Shown: positions 12,294 through 23,593, counted from the first letter of the stretch. The stretch: 34,354 nt of DNA from Chiloscyllium plagiosum (GCF_004010195.1 NW_025213596.1:1-34354); one strand, 5' to 3'. Notes: generated by a model not told the origin, from the letters alone. Program-made: numbers and translations.

Positions 12294-12583
12294 ATGATTT
12301 TATCTTTGAGATGAGCGATGAAATAGTGACGCATTTGCGTCAGCTCGATGTGAACGGGGCTATAGCCTGATTTCAAAGAGGACCTGGGGTTTTTTACCCT
12401 GGTGCCCAGGTCAATATGGAGTATCTCAGATGAACATACATCTTGTCCTGTGTGGGATCTTGCTGTGTATAAATTGGCAGTGACAATTGCTACTTTGCAA
12501 AAGACACTGACTTGATTTGCACTGTCCTTCGTTGGCTATAAGGAATTTGGGGGTTTGGAGGTAGCGAAAGATAAATCTTTCTT
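12294..12583 (+). mobile_element. Deu-domain SINE (SacSINE1/AmnSINE1-like) body and tail, continuing from the minisatellite
   Basis: TCTTTGAGATGAG..TTTCAAAGAGG..TGTGGGATCTTGCTGTGTATAAATTGGC..TTGGCTATAAGG follows the recalled DeuSINE layout and resembles 31745-32140. Confidence 0.65.
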
Positions 12584-12589
12584 ATCTCC

Positions 12590-13468
12590 TGCTTTATACC
12601 CAGTACTTGGTTGGTGCGACCAGCATGTGCTGATCTTTAAGCTTTGTGAACCCATGTCCTCATTCCTTCAGCTCTTCCCCATCATCCCTCCCCACAAAGA
12701 TGAGAACCAATTTCAAACCAGACAGCACTGCCTCGCAGTTTGATTTGGAATTCTATTTGGCCCATTTCTTGACCATCCCAATCGGTCATCAATTTCCCCC
12801 TGTGGTTTTCCTTGGAGCCTCAGACATACTGAATCTCTCTCCTGTCTGAGTGTGGATGTCACTCCGCCCAGTTTTCCAATCTTTGATACACACAGTGAAC
12901 AAAAGTGGTTTCAGAACAGATCCCTGTGGTTCACCACTTCCCACTTCACCGACTCTGAGAAACTGCCCTTAACTCCAAATCTGTCTCTGTTCTCGAAACC
13001 AATCCAACGCCCTGGCCCTCACCCTCCAGTTTCCATTCCTTCTCCTCCCTTGTTTCCTTCAGGCTCAACTATTCCAAAAAGAACACCTTGGCACCACACA
13101 GAGAGAGAAGTCATTCAGCCCCTGAAACTTTCAAAGAACTGTCCCGTTTTCTTCCATTTCGTCCAGAACCCTGTAAACTCTTCATCCTCAACCACGTGTT
13201 AAATTATTCATGAAACAGCTTCCACCTCGTTGACAGATCATGTTCCAGTCCGACTGTGAGCAAAACCCATTTGGCACATACCTCCTTTCTCAATATTTTG
13301 TCAAAGATTTTGAGCCTATGACCTCTAAATATTAATTCATTGACCAGAGTTTTTTTTATCCACTCTCTTAAGACCTTGCCACATCTTGAAATTGTCTCCA
13401 ATAGGTCGCCTTTGTCACCTTCTCAGTTTCAAGGAGGATAGCTTAACCTTTTCCAACCTCTCACAGCG
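12590..13468. mobile_element. Old degenerate CR1-type fragments, continuing at ~14090-14230 after a younger CR1 insertion
   Basis: Degenerate ORF remnant LIFRGHRLKIFDKILRK (13204-13401, -). Confidence 0.5.
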
Positions 13469-14086
13469 TCATACAGTCACAGAGATGTACAGCACGGAAA
13501 CAGACCGTTCAGTCCAACTTCTCCATGTCAACCAGATATCCTAAAACCTGCCAGCACCAGGCCCATATCCCTCCAAACCCTTCCTATTCATATACACATC
13601 CAAATGCCTTTTAAATGCTGGAATTGTACCAGCCTCCACCACATCCTCTGGCAACTCATTCCATACACGTACCACCCTCTGGGTGAAAAAGTTGCCCCTT
13701 AGGTCCCTTTTAAATCTTTCCCCTCTCACCCTAAACCTATGTCCTCTAGTTCTGAACTCCCCCATCCCAGGGAAAAGACCTTGCCTATTTACCTTATCCA
13801 TGCCCCTCATGATTTTATAAACCTCTATAAGGTCACCCCTCAGCCTCCGACGCTCCAGGGAAAACAGCTCCAGCCTGTTCAGCCTCTCCCTGTAGCTCAG
13901 ATCCTCTAACCCCAGCAACATCCTTGTAAATCTTTTCTGAACCCTTTAAAGTTTCACAACATCCTTCCTATAGCAGGGAGACCGGAACTGATCGCAGTAT
14001 TCGAAAAGTGGCCGAACCAATATTCTGTACAGCCACAACATGACCTCCCAACACCTATGCTCAATGTTCTGACCAATAAAGGCAAA
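13469..14086 (-). mobile_element. 5'-truncated CR1 LINE: ORF2 C-terminus and 3'UTR
   Basis: ORF 13541-13921 LSYRERLNRLELFSLERRRLRGDLIEVYKIMRG..TRGHRFRV..FFTQRVVRVWNELP is the classic CR1 ORF2 end. Confidence 0.93.
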
Positions 14087-14495
14087 TGTCTTCTCATAAC
14101 AGAAATTCTTCATCGTTGTCACATTCCACTAAACCTTTTCTCTACTCTCTCTCATGCCTTTTCACCTTCCTGGGGATGCAATGCCCAGAATTGCTCATGG
14201 TACTCCAGTGGAGAACTGACAAGTGATTTATAAACTGTGAACGAGACAGTGACTTACTTGGTATTCCCATTTACCATCCAATGCTTTAGAGTTGGGTAAC
14301 TCTGCAGTGCAGAGTCCATCGGGGGATTGGGCCTGGATACTTTGCTGCTGATCATTGCTCAGGCTGCAGTGTTGTCCTGAGCTCCTGGCCTTGTGTCCTC
14401 TGACCTCTCTGTCCATCTCTCAGGCTCATGTCTGTGCCCTGGGCCTGCTTTTGGTTCAGGAAAGATCATCACACACGAGGGGAACAGGCCCCTTC

Positions 14496-14722
14496 TGAAA
14501 TAACTCCACTGAGGCTTCTATCCCATCACCAAGTCACCCTTTAGTTCCACCTGGACAGTCCCTATCACTGATCCAGCGCCCTCAGAGCTAGCTCTCAGAG
14601 TGACCACAACCTCTGACACTCCTGCTTACATCTGTCAGCCGGGGCTCTCTGATTGGACCAGGTTAACAGCCCCAATCAGGGAACTCCTATTGTCAGAGAT
14701 CCACCTGGCTGACTTTGTTACA
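14496..14722 (-). mobile_element. Short solo-LTR-like element (probably Gypsy)
   Basis: Minus strand begins TGTAACAAAG and ends GTTATTTCA. Contains inverted CCAAT boxes (CTGATTGG..CCAATCAG). TSD not found; the right side abuts a CR1. Confidence 0.5.
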
Positions 14723-14725
14723 ATC

Positions 14726-15286
14726 AAAGAACAAAGAACATTCCAGCACAGGTACAGGACCCTTCAGCTCTGAGCCTGTGCTGATCCAGATCCTCTATCT
14801 AAACCTGTTGCCTACTTCCTAAGGATCTGTATCACTTTGCTCCCTCCCCATTGATGTATCTGTCTAGATGCTATCATTCTATCCCCTGTGACCTCTCGCT
14901 GGCAACACATTCTAGACACCCAGCACCCTCTGTGTAAAGAACTTTATACGCATATCTCCCTTAAACCTTTCCCCTCTCACCTTGAACTCACCCTGTCTAT
15001 ACCTCTCATGATTTTGGAGACTTCAGTCAGGTCCCCCTCAACCTCCGTCTTTCCAATGAAAATAATCCTAATCTACTCAACCTCTCTTCATAGCCAGCGG
15101 CCTTCATACCAGGGAACGTCCTGGTGATCCTCCTCTCCACCCTCTCCAAAGCACCCACATCCTTTTGGTAATATGGCAACCAGAACTAGACACAGTATTC
15201 TAAATGGGGCCGAATCAAAGTCCGATGTAACTGTAACATAAGCTGCCAACTCTTGTACTTAATACCTCATCCGATGAAGGAAAGCA
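14726..15286 (-). mobile_element. CR1 LINE 3' fragment with internal deletion
   Basis: AAAGAACAAAGAAC tail; similar to 13469-14086 and 27960-28653. Confidence 0.8.
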
Positions 15287-15577
15287 TCGCTCCAGTTTCA
15301 TCGCGACAGGCTTCTGGACTTTACACTGAGTTTAACAACTTCCTGCTGTCACCGCTGCTCCTGGATTTCCACCAGGAGATTGTTTGCTCTTTGCTGATGG
15401 TCCTGCAGTGTGTACTTTCATGTCTCTGCACCTGATATATCCAACTAGTGTTTCTGACAAAGTGATATTGCCGTGAAATGTGACCTCCGTGTCTGTGTCT
15501 GTGCACAGATGGTGCCAGACTTGCAGAGTGTTTCCCACTTTGGTTCTGATGGCCCATCCTCTCCTCCCACTTTCCAT

Positions 15578-16354
15578 GCTCCCTCAGTGCTGACCCTCCG
15601 ACAGTGCGGCACTCCCTCAGCACTGACCCTCTGACAGTGGGGCACTCCCTCAGCACTGACCCTCTGACAGTGCGGCACTCCCTTAGCACTGACCCTCTCA
15701 CAGTGGGGCACTCCCTCAGCACTGACCCTCTAACAGTGCGACACTCCCTCAGTGCTGACCCCCCCGACAGTGCGGCACTCCCTCAACACTGACCCTCTGA
15801 CAGTGCGGCGCTCCCTCAGCACTGACCTTCCTACAGTGCGACACTCCCTCAGCACTGACCCTCCAACAGTGCGGCGCTCCCTCAGCATTGACTCTCTGAC
15901 GGTGCGGTGCTCCCTCAGCGCTGACCCTCCAACCGTGCAGCACTCCCTCAGCATTGACCCTCTGACAGTGTGGCACTCCCTCAGCACTGACCCTCTGACA
16001 GTGTGACGCTCCCTCAGTGCTGACCCCCCCGACAGTGCGGCGCTCCCTCAGCACTGACCCTCCGACAGTGCAGCACTCCCTCAGCACTGACCCTCTGACA
16101 GTGTGACGCTCCCTCAGCACTGACCCTCTGACAGTGCGGAGCTCCCTCAGTGCTGACCCTCCGACAATGCTGCGCTCCCTCAGCGCTGATCCTCTGACAG
16201 TGCGACACTCCCTCAGCACCGACCCTCCAACAGTGCGGCGCTACCTCAGCGCTGACCCTCCGACAATGCTGCGCTCCTTCAGCGCTGATCCTCTGACAGT
16301 GCGGCACTCCCTCAGCAATAATCCTTCGACAGTGCGGCACTCCCTCAGCACTGA
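15578..16354 (-). repeat. 33-bp minisatellite, ~23 units, opposite orientation
   Basis: Reverse complement of the 11272 unit. Confidence 0.96.
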
Positions 16355-16379
16355 TTTTCCAACTGTCCCCAATTTCTCC

Positions 16380-16650
16380 TAGCCGTGTATCCTTGAACTT
16401 GAATATGTGACAATAAATCTAATTCTAATTCTATGTTTCAATTAAGCCACTTCTGACCCTCCTAAACTGCAGAGGATACAGGCCTTTTCTCATGGTGATT
16501 CCAGGTATGATTCAAGTAAACCTCTGAACTGCTTCCAGTGCATTAACATCCTTCCATGTGTACAGTGACACTGTACACAGTATTCCAGATCTGGTCTCAC
16601 CAATGCCCTGTATCGCTGAAGCATGATCTCCCTTCTCTACATTCAATTGA
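16380..16650 (-). mobile_element. Degenerate CR1 fragment
   Basis: ACACAGTATTCCAGATCTGGTCTCACCAATGCCCTGTA corresponds to the YRALVRPDLEYCV motif. Confidence 0.65.
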
Positions 16651-16748
16651 CCAAAGGGGAAGGCAGGGGGACACAGGGGGACTGTTGGCTGTTGCGTGTT
16701 GAATTGAATTGAATTTATTATTCTCCACCCCAGAGGCTCCCTGCCTCT

Positions 16749-16784
16749 ATTCCTGATGAAGGGCTTTTGCCTGAAACGTCAATT
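16749..16784 (+). ncRNA. Minimal hammerhead-ribozyme-like motif (Penelope type)
   Basis: ATTC-CTGATGA-AGGGC-TTTT-GCCT-GAA-ACGT-C-AATT, with palindromic stem III ACGT and GUC triplet. Confidence 0.65.
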
Positions 16785-16858
16785 TTCCTGCTCCTCGTAG
16801 GCTGCCTGACCTTCTGTGCTTTTCCAGCACCACTCTTTTCTAGACACCTATAAAAGTT

Positions 16859-17002
16859 AACCAGGTAAAAATAATGTCAACAGATGCTGGAAACCAGCTT
16901 CCAGATCAGAGTGGTGCTGGAAAAGCACAGCAGTTCAGACAGCCTCCGAGGAGCAGGAAAATTGATGTTTCGGGCAAAAGCCTTTCATCAGGAAAGAGCT
17001 AT
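16859..17002 (-). mobile_element. Short Penelope-derived element with hammerhead-like core and 11-bp TSD
   Basis: CTATAAAAGTT at 16848-16858 and 17003-17013. Minus core CTGATGA..GAAACATC. Confidence 0.75.
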
Positions 17003-18289
17003 CTATAAAAGTTGTCAAGGGTATTCGCCGTCATGCCAAATTCCCTCAGCTGCCTGAGGAAGAAGGGACATTGTTGGGCCTTTGTAACCAGTGCGTCCAC
17101 ATGAAGAGTCCAAGAAAGATTATTGTGGATGACCACTCCCAGGAGCTTGACACTGTCCACTCATTCCACCTCTGTGCTGTTAATGCCTAGGGGAGGGGTG
17201 GGGGGGGGAATGAGTAACATCCTACCGAAATGGGTCAGGAGCAGGCAGGTGGGCCTACTTTAGTCCAGGATAATGTTCAGCATGGACTGAACGGTCTATT
17301 CCTTTGCTGCATGACTCTATGAGACAACCCCTCAGTTAGCAACAGTAACCTCCCTGGGGAGTCTCGACAGGGGGAGATGAACAGAAAATGTGTTGAAGAC
17401 AACAGCATGGGGGTGGGTGGGTGGGTGTTGAGGGGGTGGAGGGTGTGGCTGTCTGGTTTCTCGTTTGTCATCAGTAATTTGTGGATTTGTTGGTGGTTCC
17501 AGTCATCCCCAGACCCCTGGTCCTGATCATGGACTGATTTCAGGAATGTGAAATGAGGGCGACAGTAGATAGCTGTTTCAGGGCAAAACAATCAATGTGT
17601 TTATTTAATTACAAAGTGATGAGTATAATATGAGAAATAAAAAAAAGGCAAATGCAATCAACCATTGAAATTGACACAATTATACTGAGGGTGGTAATTA
17701 CACTATCAAATTAAACAGAGCTTAAAACATTATTCAAAGCTAAACAGCAGTTTTAATCACAGCCATTTTCCTTAGTGTTCCTACCCTTGAAGTCCCTGCA
17801 CCGGGACCATCCACCTTCCCCTCCCTGCGGGCTCAGTTGGAAACATGGGGGTCTCGGGCAGTTTCAGCTCCCTACTGAGGACAGCACAGTTTTAAAGTGT
17901 GTTCAGTCGCTGAGGTTCTCACTGTCAGTTCTTCTGGCTTGGAACAGGCTGGTGTCTGGAAGCTCTTGTTCAGAGAGTGCTCAGTTGGCTTCCCCCCCCC
18001 TCTCGATGTCCTTTGCTGTGATGATGCTCTTGGTCTGTCTTGCTGGTTCAGCCTCTGTGGTTGTTGGTTCTGGAGCTGCAGGGTGTGGCTGGCACCTGTG
18101 GGGAAACTCCTTCTCCGGGAGCTTGATGTCAGGAAAAGGTCTCTCTCTCTCCCAGATCGGGGCTAGCAGTTATACAGACTGCATGACCTGTTATCTCCTC
18201 TCAAATCTGTATTGCCATTATGTTTCTAGTGTTCCCTTTGAGGTCAGTTGGTTTTCTGTTAGTGAAGAGTAGGTGTGAATGTATTTTGA

Positions 18290-18752
18290 TGTGGATGAGG
18301 CACCTGATGAAGGAGCAGTGCTCCTAAAGCTAGCGCTTCCTATTGGACTATAACTTGGTGTGGTGTGATTTTTAACTCTATTGGACTATAACCTGGCGTT
18401 GTGTGATTTTTAACTGCATGTGCTTTGATGTAGTGGGATGTCCAGTGTCTCTGTACATGAATATTTATTTCAGTTGATCTAGCAAAGCCCTGTTCAGTCT
18501 GGGTTGGATGGGGTTAATTGTGCTTTTAGAGAGAATGTGTGAATTGGATTTTCTGGCTGAACTATGCTTTTCCAAGCAGTTGTCTTTGTGTCTGCAATTC
18601 TGTGACTAATTCTGTGTTTTATGATTTTATACTCTACAACCACCTGATGAAGGAGCGTCGCTCCGAAAGCTAGTGCTTCCAAATAAACCTGTTGGACTAT
18701 AACCTGGTGTTGTGTGATTTTTAACTTTGTCCACCCCAGTCCAACACCAACT
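18290..18752 (+). mobile_element. Two fragments of the Penelope terminal sequence (~18300-18415 and ~18610-18752)
   Basis: Match the terminus at 27200-27300: CACCTGATGAAGGAGC..AAAGCTAG..TTGGACTATAACCTGGTGTTGTGTGATTTTTAACT. Confidence 0.8.
18641..18675 (+). ncRNA. Minimal hammerhead-ribozyme-like motif, best-preserved copy of family 2
   Basis: CAC-CTGATGA-A-GGAGC-GTC-GCTCC-GAA-AGCT-A-GTG: 3-bp stem I, 5-bp stem II, palindromic stem III. Confidence 0.65.
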
Positions 18753-18944
18753 CCGTGTCTGTGTCATTTACCCAGAGCCTAGTCCAGCTGCCTGCCTTGT
18801 TATTTTACTTTTAAAAGTTATTTGAAAAGTCTAGAATCTTGGTCCAGTATTTCAGAAAATGGGGATTTTTTTTGCTCCATCCTCCAGGCTGTAGGGAAGC
18901 TAGGAAAGGAAGATTGGTGTTTTGGTCAGAAAATGGCATTTGTT

Positions 18945-19235
18945 TTATATTCTTTCCTGGGATGTGAGCGACACAACTGGTTGGGCCAGGATTTATTCCC
19001 TATCTCTCGCTGGCTCTCTCGGCCATTTCAGAGGGCAGAGAAGGGTCAACCACGTTGCTGTGGGTCTGGAGTCACATGTAGGCCAGACCAGGTAAGGACG
19101 GCAGATTTCCTTCCCTGAATCAGATGGGTTTTCACAACAATTAACAGTAAGTACTTCCAGATTTGGAATGAATTCAGATCCCAGATTCAAATATGGATGC
19201 TGAGAACGTGAGTTGTGTCTCTGAATTCATGGGCC
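18945..19235 (-). mobile_element. SINE with LINE-derived tail
   Basis: Core GGGTCTGGAGTCACATGTAGGCCAGACCAGGTAAGGACGGCAGATTTCCTTCCCT. Tail similar to 33465-33530. Confidence 0.75.
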
Positions 19236-20129
19236 AGAGAGAGTACTATTTCCGCCCCCCCCCCCCCACCCCCCTCTGTGGGGAAGCGAGGGGAGCGAGG
19301 GGAACTTTCTGAGTGCGAATGAGGGCACTGACAGCGAGCCACAGCTTGGTGTTTGAGCTGAAAGAGACTGATTGGGATGTCTGGCAGCCTGTGGGCACTG
19401 GGCTGTGTTGTAACTGTTAGGAGTCTGTCAGTGGCCCATGGTTGAGACTTTGCTGAGTGAACTCCCTCCCCCACTGCACCCCCACCCCCACCCCCACCCC
19501 AATGCTGCAAACAAAAATGATGCAACAAGCAACTGTCACCTCACACACAGAAAGAAGAAAACCAGTGCCTGAGACAGAGATAACGTTATAACTAAAGGAC
19601 AGATGCAGGGTGAGGCTTGTGTGTTCACTATCGGAGAGCCCATCCTCACAGCCAGAAGCTCCCCATCCAGTTCACTCTGAGTCACAGAGGCTGAACCAAC
19701 ACTTGTTTACCTCAGCCCAGTTCCTCTCAGGCAGCATGTAACAAACTCACAAACAATTTTTTAAAAAATGAAAGACAAACATAGAAAGTGAGAAATAGAT
19801 TTTTTAAAAAGTGCTCTCTGAGCATTTCCTGACCTCAGCATCTCTCAAAGTACTTCCCAATCAGATAATTCTTAATCATCATTTAATGTGTGAATTTGAC
19901 CAATATTCTGTGTTTAAATTTATGTCATGGGAAATCAAAGTGTTGTGTTGTTGATTCTCAGAAGGAAGAATCATAGGAAGAGATTAAAAGAATAATTTGT
20001 TATAACGACCCACACAAGAGACTATTGACACCAGGATCTAACAAGGAACTCAATGAAAACTTGCAGAAGGGCAAAGTTTGAGAAGAGAAGGGTGGGATTA
20101 CTCTCATTGGCGTGATGGGCCAAATGGAC

Positions 20130-20392
20130 TGGGCTGTGGGTTAGAGTAAAGGGAAGGCCTTTTAGAATGGAGACAAAGAGAAACTTCTTCAGCCAGAGAG
20201 TGGGGAAGGCTGGGTCATTGAGTGTAATTAAGACTGAGAGAGAGAGTTTCCTGAGTATCAAGAGGGTCAGGGGTTACAGGAAGAAAGCAGGAGATTGGGG
20301 TTGAGAAACTTATCAGCCATGATGGAATGGCAGAGCAGACTCGATGGGCTGAATGGCCTAATTTCTGCTCCTATGCCTTATGGTCTTATGGG
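20130..20392 (+). mobile_element. CR1 3' end
   Basis: LRVKGRPFRMETKRNFFSQRV remnant, 3'UTR GGGCTGAATGGCCTAATTTCTGCTCCTATG and TTATGGTC tail. Confidence 0.8.
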
Positions 20393-20974
20393 TTGAACTT
20401 TGATCATTTAATGTCTTGAGTGGTTTAAACAGGACTCTCTCAGCTCTCTATTTTATAAAATATCTGTAAATAATTTGACCAGTTCAGTTGGGAGGTAGCT
20501 GACAATTCCCAACCTATCTCTCAATCACATCATTCTGTATCAAACCCAAGAATTTCTCAGTGGAGGAAGAGGCCATTCAGCCCATAGTGCCTGTGCAGGA
20601 TATGTTTGAAAGCCCTGATGTGTCCCCAGAGTTCTGCCAAACTTGCCCTATCAGTTGTTTATCCAGTTCCCTTGTAATGGTTCCTGTCGGATCTGCTTCC
20701 GTTGCCCTTTCAGCACAACCCGTATCACAAATAATCCTCTTTGTCCCTCTGTCTGGTTCTCTAACTAATTATTTTAACTCCAAATCCCTCTGGTTCCCAA
20801 CTCTGCTGCTACGAGAGATAGTTCAATGAACTCTGATAAAAGCCCTCAGGGAGTTGAACTGTCCCCGTCCTCCGGAGAACGAGCCACAAAACAATCTCTG
20901 CGTGACAATTAATAAGTGGTTACGATTCCCAGTCAGGGACGCCTTACCTATTAGGGGTACAGTCTCCTTCAGCA

Positions 20975-21650
20975 GCTGGCTGTCAGTGAGTGGGGAGGTG
21001 GTTGTCACGGTAACTGTGCTTCAGTCACCCAGAGATCCAACCTCAACTCTCGCCTCATGGGTAGAATTTAAATATGAACAGTTAAATGTTTGGAGTATAA
21101 AGCTAATCTCAGTGATGGCGACCATGACAAACTATCATGGCCATTTAAAAAATCCACTGAGTTCAGAGGGAGGAAATCTGCCATCCCTACCTGGCCTAAA
21201 CAGCAGGAGGCTGGAGGAACACAGCAAGCCAGGCAGCATCAGGAGGTGGAGAAGTTGTCGTTTTGGGTATAAGTGTTTAGATCAGTGTGGTGCTGGAAAA
21301 GCACAGCAGGTCAGGCAGCATCCGAGGAGCAGGAAAATCGACGTTTCAGGCAAAAGCCCTTAATCAGGAATACAGGGTGGAGAGTTTTGGGTATAACCCT
21401 TCTTCAGAGTTGGGGGTGGGTTATACCTGAAACGTCGATTTCTTCACCTTCTGATGCTGCCTGGCTTGCTGTGTTCTTCCACTCTCCTGCCCGTCTACTT
21501 TGGATTCCAGCATCTGCAGATTTTTTTGTCTCATCCCTACCTGGCCTGACCTCTAAATAACTCCAGTACACACGATGTGGTTGGTTCCTAACTGTCCTGA
21601 TGGTGAATGCTGGCCATGCCAGCCCAATGAAAGAATAAAGATCAGGACGA
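20975..21650 (+). mobile_element. SINE interrupted by a Penelope-derived palindromic element (21198-21531), itself containing another element (~21278-21372)
   Basis: 16-bp TSD CATCCCTACCTGGCCT at 21182-21197 and 21532-21547. Confidence 0.8.
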
Positions 21651-21950
21651 AACAGCAAACAGTGGTGGGCTATTCCATCAAGTTGTGCATCACAGTCCAG
21701 ATTGATGCCACCATCACTCACTGGTGCACAGCAGCATGTTCTGCTCCTGGCAACAGGAACACTCCAACCTGTTAACTCAGGATTAACTCAGACTGACCCA
21801 TTGTCTCAGTCATTAGACACAGCAGTGCACCTCAACAAAACCAGAACACTGCACAAAACACTCTGAGACCATGAGACCCAGAGTCAGAAGGAGGCCGTTC
21901 AGCCTCTGTGTTTGCTTCAGTGTGGTCACATAGGTTCTGTCTGGGACATT

Positions 21951-22130
21951 GGAGATAGTGAGGGACTGCAGATGCTGGAGAGTCAGAGTGTGGATCTGGA
22001 AAAACTACAGCAGGTCAGACAGCACCAGAAGAGCAGGGGAGGTGACCAACGGTCCTGACCTGAAACATTGACTCTCCTGCTCCTTTAGTGCTGCTTGACC
22101 TGTGGTGCTTTACCTAGCACCATGCTTTAT
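21951..22130. mobile_element. Degenerate palindromic Penelope-derived element
   Basis: Inverted arms CAGGTCAGACAGCACCAGAAGAGCAGG / CCTGCTCCTTTAGTGCTGCTTGACCTG. Confidence 0.65.
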
Positions 22131-22164
22131 CGGCTCTGCCCAAGAGGGTCAACAAGATCATGGG

Positions 22165-22675
22165 AACTGTGTGCAGATTCATGTCACCCTGTTATAGGAA
22201 AGGTTCAGAAAAGATTCATCAGGATGTTACCAGGAATTGAAAGTTGGGTTATTAAAAATAGGCTGGAAAGGCTGGGGCTTTTGTTCACTGGAGTGTAGGA
22301 GGATGACCTTAATGAGGTTCATACAATCATGAGAGGTATAGATAAGGTAAATGACAAGGGTTTTTTCCCTACACTGTGGGATTTCAAAACTAGGGGACAT
22401 ATTTTTAAGGTGAGAGAGAAATATTTAAAAAAGAACATGAGGAACAACCATTTTATAGAAAGAGTGGTTTGTGTGTGGAATGGACTGCCAGAGAAAGTGG
22501 GGGATGTGGCTACAGTTACAACGTTTAAAAGAGCTATGGATAGATATATGGATAGGAAAGGTTTGGAGGGACATGGGCCAGGTGCAGGCAGTGGGACTAG
22601 TTTAGTTTGGGAACACGCTCAGTGTGGACTGGTTGGGCCAAAGGGTGTGTTTCCATGCTGTGTGACTCGATGACT
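22165..22675 (+). mobile_element. CR1 LINE 3' fragment (frameshifted)
   Basis: KVQKRFIRMLPG..RLERLGL and MRGIDKV..TRGHIFKV..RVVCVWNGLP. Confidence 0.9.
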
Positions 22676-22679
22676 CTAC

Positions 22680-23075
22680 GAGAAGACCATTCGGCCCCTC
22701 GAGCCTGCTGCCCCATTCAGTAGGATCATGGCTGACCCAACATTCTGTGCATCCACTTTTCTGCTCTTTCCCTGTGACAATGGATTCCCTGACTGATCAG
22801 GAATATTCACAGTGACTCTGCCCCCACAGCTCTCTGTGGCAGGCAGTTCCAAACACTGACAACCCCCTGAGCGAAGAAATTCCTCCACGTCTCTGTCTTA
22901 CTTTGGTGTCCTGTTATCTGAGACTGTACCCTCTGGATAGACTTTCCCATGAGGGGAACCATCCTCTCAGCATCGACGCTGTCAAGCCCCTGAAAAATCT
23001 GATATATTCAATGAGATCACCTCCCATGCTTCTAAATACCAGTAATAGACTCCCAACTGCTTTAACCTTTGCTGA
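22680..23075 (-). mobile_element. CR1 3' fragment, tail-to-tail with the previous copy
   Basis: 3'UTR CCATTCGGCCCCTCGAGCCTGC..GATCATGGCTGA and degenerate ORF2 end. Confidence 0.75.
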
Positions 23076-23296
23076 TCAGATAAGGAGACACCGTGGATGA
23101 AGAGGTTGTGGAAATGAGAGGGGAATACACGGGAAACAGCATTTTGTTTGTTTCCTGACACAAACGACAAGGGCTCGTTGTGGTGATGGTCAGGCAGGGA
23201 CAGTGAATGTCTGACTGAATGACTACAGGCAGGAAGCATAATCTCCTGAGCAGTGACCAAAAGCATTGACCCTGGCTACTATGTTTCCCTCATTGT

Positions 23297-23593
23297 GGGT
23301 CAGTGCTGAGGGAGTGCCGCACTGTCGGAGGGTTAGTACTGAGGGAGTGCTGCACTGTTGGAGGGTCAGTGCTGAGGGAGTGCCACACTGTCAGAGGGTC
23401 AGTGCTGCACTGTCGGAGGGTCAGTGCTGAGGGAGTACTGCACGGTTGGAGGGTCAGTACTGAGGGAGTGCTGCACTGTCGGAGGGTCAGTGCTGAGGGA
23501 GTGCCACACTGTCAGAGGGTCAGTGCTGTGGGAGTACTGCACGGTTGGAGGGTCAGTGCTGAGGGAGTACTGCACAGTTGAAGGGTCAGTACT
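23297..23593 (+). repeat. 33-bp minisatellite, ~9 units
   Basis: Directly visible; followed by a DeuSINE-like tail. Confidence 0.95.

Larger units (their letters stand above)
16699..17225 (-). mobile_element. L2/CR1-group LINE 3' remnant with (TTGAA)n tail, interrupted by two Penelope-derived elements
   Basis: TTGAATTGAATTGAATTTATT tail and RT-like coding remnant at 17010-17190. Confidence 0.45.

Noticed and set aside
15321..16382. Cys/His-rich repeat ORFs (PHCQRVSAEGV)
   Set aside because: 33-bp repeat translation, not zinc fingers or a recognised protein.
17575..18290. Possible solo LTR or 165-aa ORF (17775-18272)
   Set aside because: No identifiable termini, TSD or protein similarity; left unassigned.
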